A stretch of 10,427 bases of DNA from Candidatus Heimdallarchaeota archaeon (GTDB lineage: Archaea; Asgardarchaeota; Heimdallarchaeia; Hodarchaeales; Hodarchaeaceae): the NCBI GenBank assembly GCA_020348965.1, contig CP070760.1, positions 2,119,836 through 2,130,262 of the forward strand, in the 5' to 3' direction. Positions within the stretch are counted from its first letter, which is position 1; each line of letters begins with the position of its first letter. A model generated the notes under the pieces. That model did no database searches. It was not told the origin of the DNA and saw only the letters and a program-made list of their open reading frames with translations. Positions 7,097 through 10,427 of the stretch are shown here, piece by piece. The position numbers and the translations under genes were made by a program.

Positions 7097-7306
7097 ATGT
7101 ATCTAGAAAAAGGCGATAAAAGCTTAAAAGCTTCCAAAATTATCATGATCTTTACATTAATTGCTTCGATAGTTTTCTTTATATTAATGACCTATTTGTG
7201 GTTTGTAATTGATAGGGCATCTCCCATGACTTGGTTATTTCTACTTATACTTTGTTTCAGCCGACCTATTATTTGGTTCAATCATGGATGGAAGGTACAA
7301 ATGTGA
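7097..7306 (+). CDS. Hypothetical small membrane protein (69 aa, 2 predicted TM helices)
   Basis: MYLEKGDKSLKASK is followed by IIMIFTLIASIVFFILMTYLWFVI and then WLFLLILCFSRPIIWF. The N-terminus is positively charged. The position fits the candidate promoter at 7062-7069. The track's start at TTG 7088 is possible, but the ATG is preferred. The ORF is short, so coding status is uncertain. Confidence 0.4.
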   Translation: MYLEKGDKSLKASKIIMIFTLIASIVFFILMTYLWFVIDRASPMTWLFLLILCFSRPIIWFNHGWKVQM

Positions 7307-7359
7307 AGAAATTCGTCTGGCCTAAGAAAAGATGAAATAGATAGGCCTAGGTTATTTTG

Positions 7360-8538
7360 ATGAAAAGAGGGGAAACACATCCATTGAAGAACAAACGAAC
7401 TGTTTATGCAGGTTTTCTTCTACTTATAGTATGGGGATTTCTTTCTGCAATTATGATTATTCTACAGGTGCCCTTTGTATTATATCTTGAATTTTCAGAG
7501 AACCCATGGCAGCCAATTAACTCTAAGACGTATCCTGAAACGGGTGTTGCCACTATTGACTTCGTAGATTCTTATCATGGCTGGATAGCAGGTGAGAATG
7601 GGATGATTATGGTTACCACGGACGGGGGAATATCCTGGGAAGATCAACACTCAGGAATAGATGTTGACATTAGAGCAATTGATTTTTTCGATGTGAATAT
7701 AGGAGTGGCCATAAGTAACGAGAATGACATTCTTATTACACAAAATGGAGGGAAAGTATGGATATTGCTAAAAAAAGTAACAAGCCCAAATAATGCAACA
7801 GACATATCATTATGGGATTTGGTGACTTGTGATGAACATACAGCCTGGGTTCTCGGATTAACGGGAACTTTTTTTCGAGTTGATATTCTAAATCAGAATT
7901 GGACTTATGTATCGAAAGTTTCCCATGTTCGTTATCTAGCCATGGTGAATAGCTCGCATGGCTGGGCAACAGGAGGATCTAGTAAGATCGTAAAAACAAC
8001 TGATGGGTGGCAATCTATTGAAATTCAGAGCGCGGGAGTTTCACAAAGCTTTTACGGAATTTTTTTCTGGGATGTTCGCAAAGGGTGGGTGGTAGGTTCT
8101 GACAACACGATTTTAGCCACAACGGATGGGGGCCAACACTGGCAGGTTCAGTATACATATCGTCCCTTTCTTCAGTATGGAGTGGGAGTGAGTTTCCTAG
8201 ATATTTTCTTCATTACAGAGGAAAAGGGTTGGACAGTCGGCAGCGGTATACATTACACTAAGGATGGTGGAAAAACATGGTACGATCTGGGATCGGAGAC
8301 ATGGACAGCATCTAGAATTGCTTTTGCAAACAAAACACATGGCTGGGCGGTATCGTCACGCAAAGAACGCAGTTATATCACTTCAGTGGGGGGTGTACCT
8401 CCAATTGATGAAAAACTACTTATTCTTGGGGGAAGTATCGGTATCTCTCTCGGAGTTTTCTCTCCAGTCCTTGTAATGGTCGCTTTGATACTATTTCAGC
8501 AACACAAAACCCAGAATTTTAAGAGTGACGGACATTAG
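7360..8538 (+). CDS. Seven-bladed Asp-box (BNR / Ycf48-like, sortilin-Vps10-like) beta-propeller protein with N-terminal and C-terminal TM helices
   Basis: Seven repeats of about 38-48 aa are visible. The blade-start motif ([HK]GW, with variants TAW and IGV) occurs at residues 74, 115, 162, 201, 242, 290 and 328. Asp-box-like motifs are TTDGGISW, TQNGGKVW, TTDGWQSI, TTDGGQHW and TKDGGKTW. The N-terminal hydrophobic segment is YAGFLLLIVWGFLSAIMIILQVPFVLYL, after a basic KNKR. The C-terminal segment is LLILGGSIGISLGVFSPVLVMVALILF, followed by QQHKTQNFKSDGH. I prefer ATG 7360 to the track's TTG 7357. Confidence 0.8.
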   Translation: MKRGETHPLKNKRTVYAGFLLLIVWGFLSAIMIILQVPFVLYLEFSENPWQPINSKTYPETGVATIDFVDSYHGWIAGENGMIMVTTDGGISWEDQHSGIDVDIRAIDFFDVNIGVAISNENDILITQNGGKVWILLKKVTSPNNATDISLWDLVTCDEHTAWVLGLTGTFFRVDILNQNWTYVSKVSHVRYLAMVNSSHGWATGGSSKIVKTTDGWQSIEIQSAGVSQSFYGIFFWDVRKGWVVGSDNTILATTDGGQHWQVQYTYRPFLQYGVGVSFLDIFFITEEKGWTVGSGIHYTKDGGKTWYDLGSETWTASRIAFANKTHGWAVSSRKERSYITSVGGVPPIDEKLLILGGSIGISLGVFSPVLVMVALILFQQHKTQNFKSDGH

Positions 8539-8616
8539 ATTGCTTTTAGATGTGCAGTATTTGCGGAAATATTAGCCTTTCTACCCAAAAAAATGTCAAA
8601 TAAGAGGTATATTTGA

Positions 8617-8976
8617 ATGGGGAATCAAGAGGACAGGGAATTAACATTAATTATGTGGTACCTTAGTTGTGGTATTCTCTCTCTAATAATAATTATATTG
8701 ATGGCAACTCCTCAAGGACTACACGAGTTCTTGAGTACTAGTCCAGGTTACAGTAGGGCCCCTCTTCCATTGGCGTCATTCATGTTTGCAATGATAATTA
8801 TACTTTTCTGGCCATTTTTTTACATAATTGCACTTTTTGGACTTTTCCTAGTTCATCTTTTACCCGTGAATCAAATTGTGAAGGGATTAGTCCTTTGTTT
8901 AATCATCACTCCATTTATTTCTTGGATTTTAGTAGTTTATAGCAAAAAACTATTGTTTAATTCCTCCATTTGGTAG
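8617..8976 (+). CDS. Hypothetical membrane protein (119 aa, 3-4 TM segments)
   Basis: GAGGT lies 8 nt upstream of ATG 8617. Hydrophobic segments are IMWYLSCGILSLIIIILMA, LASFMFAMIIILFWPFFYIIALFGLFLVHLL and GLVLCLIITPFISWILVVY. I recognise no family. Confidence 0.5.
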   Translation: MGNQEDRELTLIMWYLSCGILSLIIIILMATPQGLHEFLSTSPGYSRAPLPLASFMFAMIIILFWPFFYIIALFGLFLVHLLPVNQIVKGLVLCLIITPFISWILVVYSKKLLFNSSIW

Positions 8977-9239
8977 TCTATATAGCTGAATACATCACTT
9001 TGAGATTGAAAATTCGTATGCATATCCAAGTGAGTAGTCCAGGGATCATAAGGGCTCTCTCGTTTTTGATAGAGATGATAATATCCGCCAGGAAATTCCA
9101 CTGTGTGTATTTCTTTCTTTAATTGCTTTTGGTAGGAATCTTCCCAATCAATATGTCCAAAAATAACGAACATAACACTAAACAAGATGACGCTAACTAA
9201 TAACACCGAGAACATGATTTTTGTTTTATTCAACTTCAA
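8937..9239 (-). CDS. Hypothetical protein with one N-terminal TM or signal-anchor helix (100 aa from TTG, 92 aa from ATG at 9215)
   Basis: KLNKTK is followed by IMFSVLLVSVILFSVMFVIFG and then a soluble Tyr/His-rich region of about 70 aa. It starts 12 nt downstream of the preceding - strand ORF. Its 3' end overlaps the convergent ORF 8617-8976 by 40 nt, so one of the two calls may be over-extended. Confidence 0.4.
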   Translation of the reverse strand: MKLNKTKIMFSVLLVSVILFSVMFVIFGHIDWEDSYQKQLKKEIHTVEFPGGYYHLYQKRESPYDPWTTHLDMHTNFQSQSDVFSYIDYQMEELNNSFLL

Positions 9240-9251
9240 CCCAGGTAGTAA

Positions 9252-9809
9252 TTATGACGCAACTGATCTATGTAATTTATTTAACCAATTTGCTGCTAGT
9301 AAACAGATTAGTCCGATTAACATTATTACCAAGAGAAATATGTTGAGGACAGGAGAATACCATTTAACCCCAAAGGAGACAAATACAAGGTCTGTCCACG
9401 GTTCTTGAATTATTATTACGATTACGAGCAACCATTCGACAAAAATTGACATTATGGCTAAAATTGATAACCAATAAAGAATTGAATAATTCTCTCGTTT
9501 TATGAACTCAACGATCGCAAAAAATAGGACTAGAATTCCTAACAGAATCATAATCCAACCTGGGATTACGAGATAATCAATTATGTTGTCGAATGCTAAA
9601 TCGCCAAAATAATATCTAACAGTAGTCAGTCCTGAATCATAATCATGAACACGATACGAGTCAAGAAAATAGGAATATCTGTAAGAAAAAGAGAAATAGT
9701 TTAGAGACAGGGATGATGACACAAAGAATAAAATAACCGATAAATAGAATAAATCGAAAGAAGGGCCATTTTTTATGATCCAGCATAAATTGTCGAAGCA
9801 TAAGAGCAT
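9252..9809 (-). CDS. Hypothetical polytopic membrane protein (185 aa, about 4 TM segments)
   Basis: Hydrophobic segments are FDLFYLSVILFFVSSSLSL, YLVIPGWIMILLGILVLFFAIVEF, ILYWLSILAIMSIFVEWLLVIVIII and VLNIFLLVIMLIGLICLLAANWL. I recognise no family motif. Confidence 0.55.
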   Translation of the reverse strand: MLLCFDNLCWIIKNGPSFDLFYLSVILFFVSSSLSLNYFSFSYRYSYFLDSYRVHDYDSGLTTVRYYFGDLAFDNIIDYLVIPGWIMILLGILVLFFAIVEFIKRENYSILYWLSILAIMSIFVEWLLVIVIIIQEPWTDLVFVSFGVKWYSPVLNIFLLVIMLIGLICLLAANWLNKLHRSVAS

Positions 9810-9810
9810 T

Positions 9811-9841
9811 TCTCCTGAATAATCAATTCTTAATCAGGAGA
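9811..9841. repeat. Inverted repeat TCTCCTGA-N15-TCAGGAGA next to the start codon of the 9252-9809 gene
   Basis: Perfect 8-bp arms lie at 9811-9818 and 9834-9841. They extend to 11 of 12 pairs if ATAA/TTAA is included. The repeat begins 2 nt upstream of the - strand ATG at 9807-9809. Confidence 0.7.
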
Positions 9842-10100
9842 TCATCTATAAGCAGTCATCAAATTTTACGTTGAAGGCCATTATAAGCTTTACTCAGATT
9901 TTTCGATTCAGAAATTCAGCTTTAAGATGAGACATTTTCTAAACAAGAAAATGAAATCCACAAAATGTGTGCATCCTAAGAGAATCTATCATTGTTTTAT
10001 GGGTGTTTAAAAACACATTTTCACACGGTGTCTCAGATCATCCTTCAAATATGTGGTCAATATCTAATTAAATCTCTAGTCAGAATATTCTTGCTTTGAA

Positions 10101-10427
10101 GTGGGTCTAGTGACAGAACAAGTGAGAATCATCCGAAGTGAACGGATTTGGCTGAAGCCAAACAACACTCTGAGTAAATTGTGTCACGTATCAAAAAATC
10201 TATTCAATGAGGCCAATTACATCATTCGACAGGAGTTTTTTAAAGACAAGAAGTGGATAAAATCCAATCAACTGCAGAAGCAATTGGAAAGCTCAGCAAA
10301 CTACAGAATGCTACCAACACACACAGCGTAAAAAATACTCTACCTTGTAGAAAAAACTTGGAAATCCTATTTCCATGCGCTCGCAGATTGGAAAAAAAAA
10401 TCCAGAAAAGTATTTCCAGCAACCTCG
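10101..10427 (+). pseudogene. tnpB: tnpB-like gene (IS200/IS605-family OrfB, RNA-guided nuclease lineage), 5' part only, interrupted by a stop and a frameshift
   Basis: From GTG 10101 the frame reads ...IWLKPNNTLSKLCHVSKNLFNEANYIIRQEFFKDKKWIKSNQLQKQLESSANYRMLPTHTA*KILYLVEKTWKSYFHALADWKK. After the A9 tract the next frame reads NPEKYFQQP. This follows the N-terminal pattern I recall for TnpB/OrfB proteins (Y..LP...aQq.l..l...WkSFF.a...wk.nP.kf.g.P). TAA at 10329-10331 falls where the conserved Gln sits. No tnpA lies upstream. The gene runs off the window. Confidence 0.7.

Noticed and set aside
7736-8476. Track ORFs 7736-7969(-) and 8264-8476(+)
   Set aside because: They lie inside the propeller gene, whose seven-fold repeat structure fixes the true frame.
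9187-9408. 73-aa ORF on the + strand
   Set aside because: It is antisense across two - strand membrane ORFs and the gap between them, and has no motif or start context.
9834-9862. Possible C/D-box sRNA on the - strand (TGATGA ... CTGA)
   Set aside because: Only one C-like box (UUGAUGA, with no purine at position 1) and one CUGA are present, 18 nt apart. There is no C'/D' pair, no terminal stem and no appropriate length of 50-60 nt.
10329-10331. TAA reassigned to Gln (an alternative genetic code) as the explanation for the tnpB stop
   Set aside because: TAA clearly terminates S28e, FKBP, ABCE1, TusA and two hypothetical genes in this same window at family-appropriate lengths. TAG and TGA are also used as stops, so the code is standard.
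10240-10422. 60-aa ORF on the - strand
   Set aside because: It is antisense to the tnpB-like sequence, whose + strand homology pattern explains the region.
1-10427. Scan for tRNA, rRNA, CRISPR arrays and long dispersed repeats
   Set aside because: I found no GTTCRAATC-type T-loop in a cloverleaf context, no regularly spaced direct repeats and no rRNA-like segments. A by-eye scan cannot exclude small or divergent RNAs.

Overview
This is an archaeal chromosomal window. It is AT-rich, packed in operon style, uses TAA, TAG and TGA all as true stops, and carries ribosomal proteins found only in archaea and eukaryotes. Positions 1-4215 form a conserved translation and ribosome-biogenesis neighbourhood. 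S28e (5' truncated) and L24e lie on the + strand. On the - strand, ABCE1/RLI overlaps Tsr3 by 11 nt, followed by a UPF0179-type Cys-cluster protein and a long-type FKBP isomerase with a poly-acidic tail. Positions 4493-5873 encode a TusA-like sulfur carrier and a YeeE/YedE-type sulfur or thiosulfate transporter. Positions 5995-9809 hold six consecutive ORFs that all look like membrane proteins. Only one has a recognisable fold: a seven-bladed Asp-box (BNR/Ycf48-like) beta-propeller with a TM helix at each end. The window ends in the 5' part of a tnpB-like (IS200/IS605-family OrfB) gene. That gene has an in-frame TAA at a conserved Gln position and needs a frame change at an A9 tract, so it is decayed or recoded. 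I saw no rRNA, tRNA or CRISPR array. The most novel-looking material is the uncharacterised membrane cluster, but sequence alone does not give it a function, and novelty needs database searches I cannot run.
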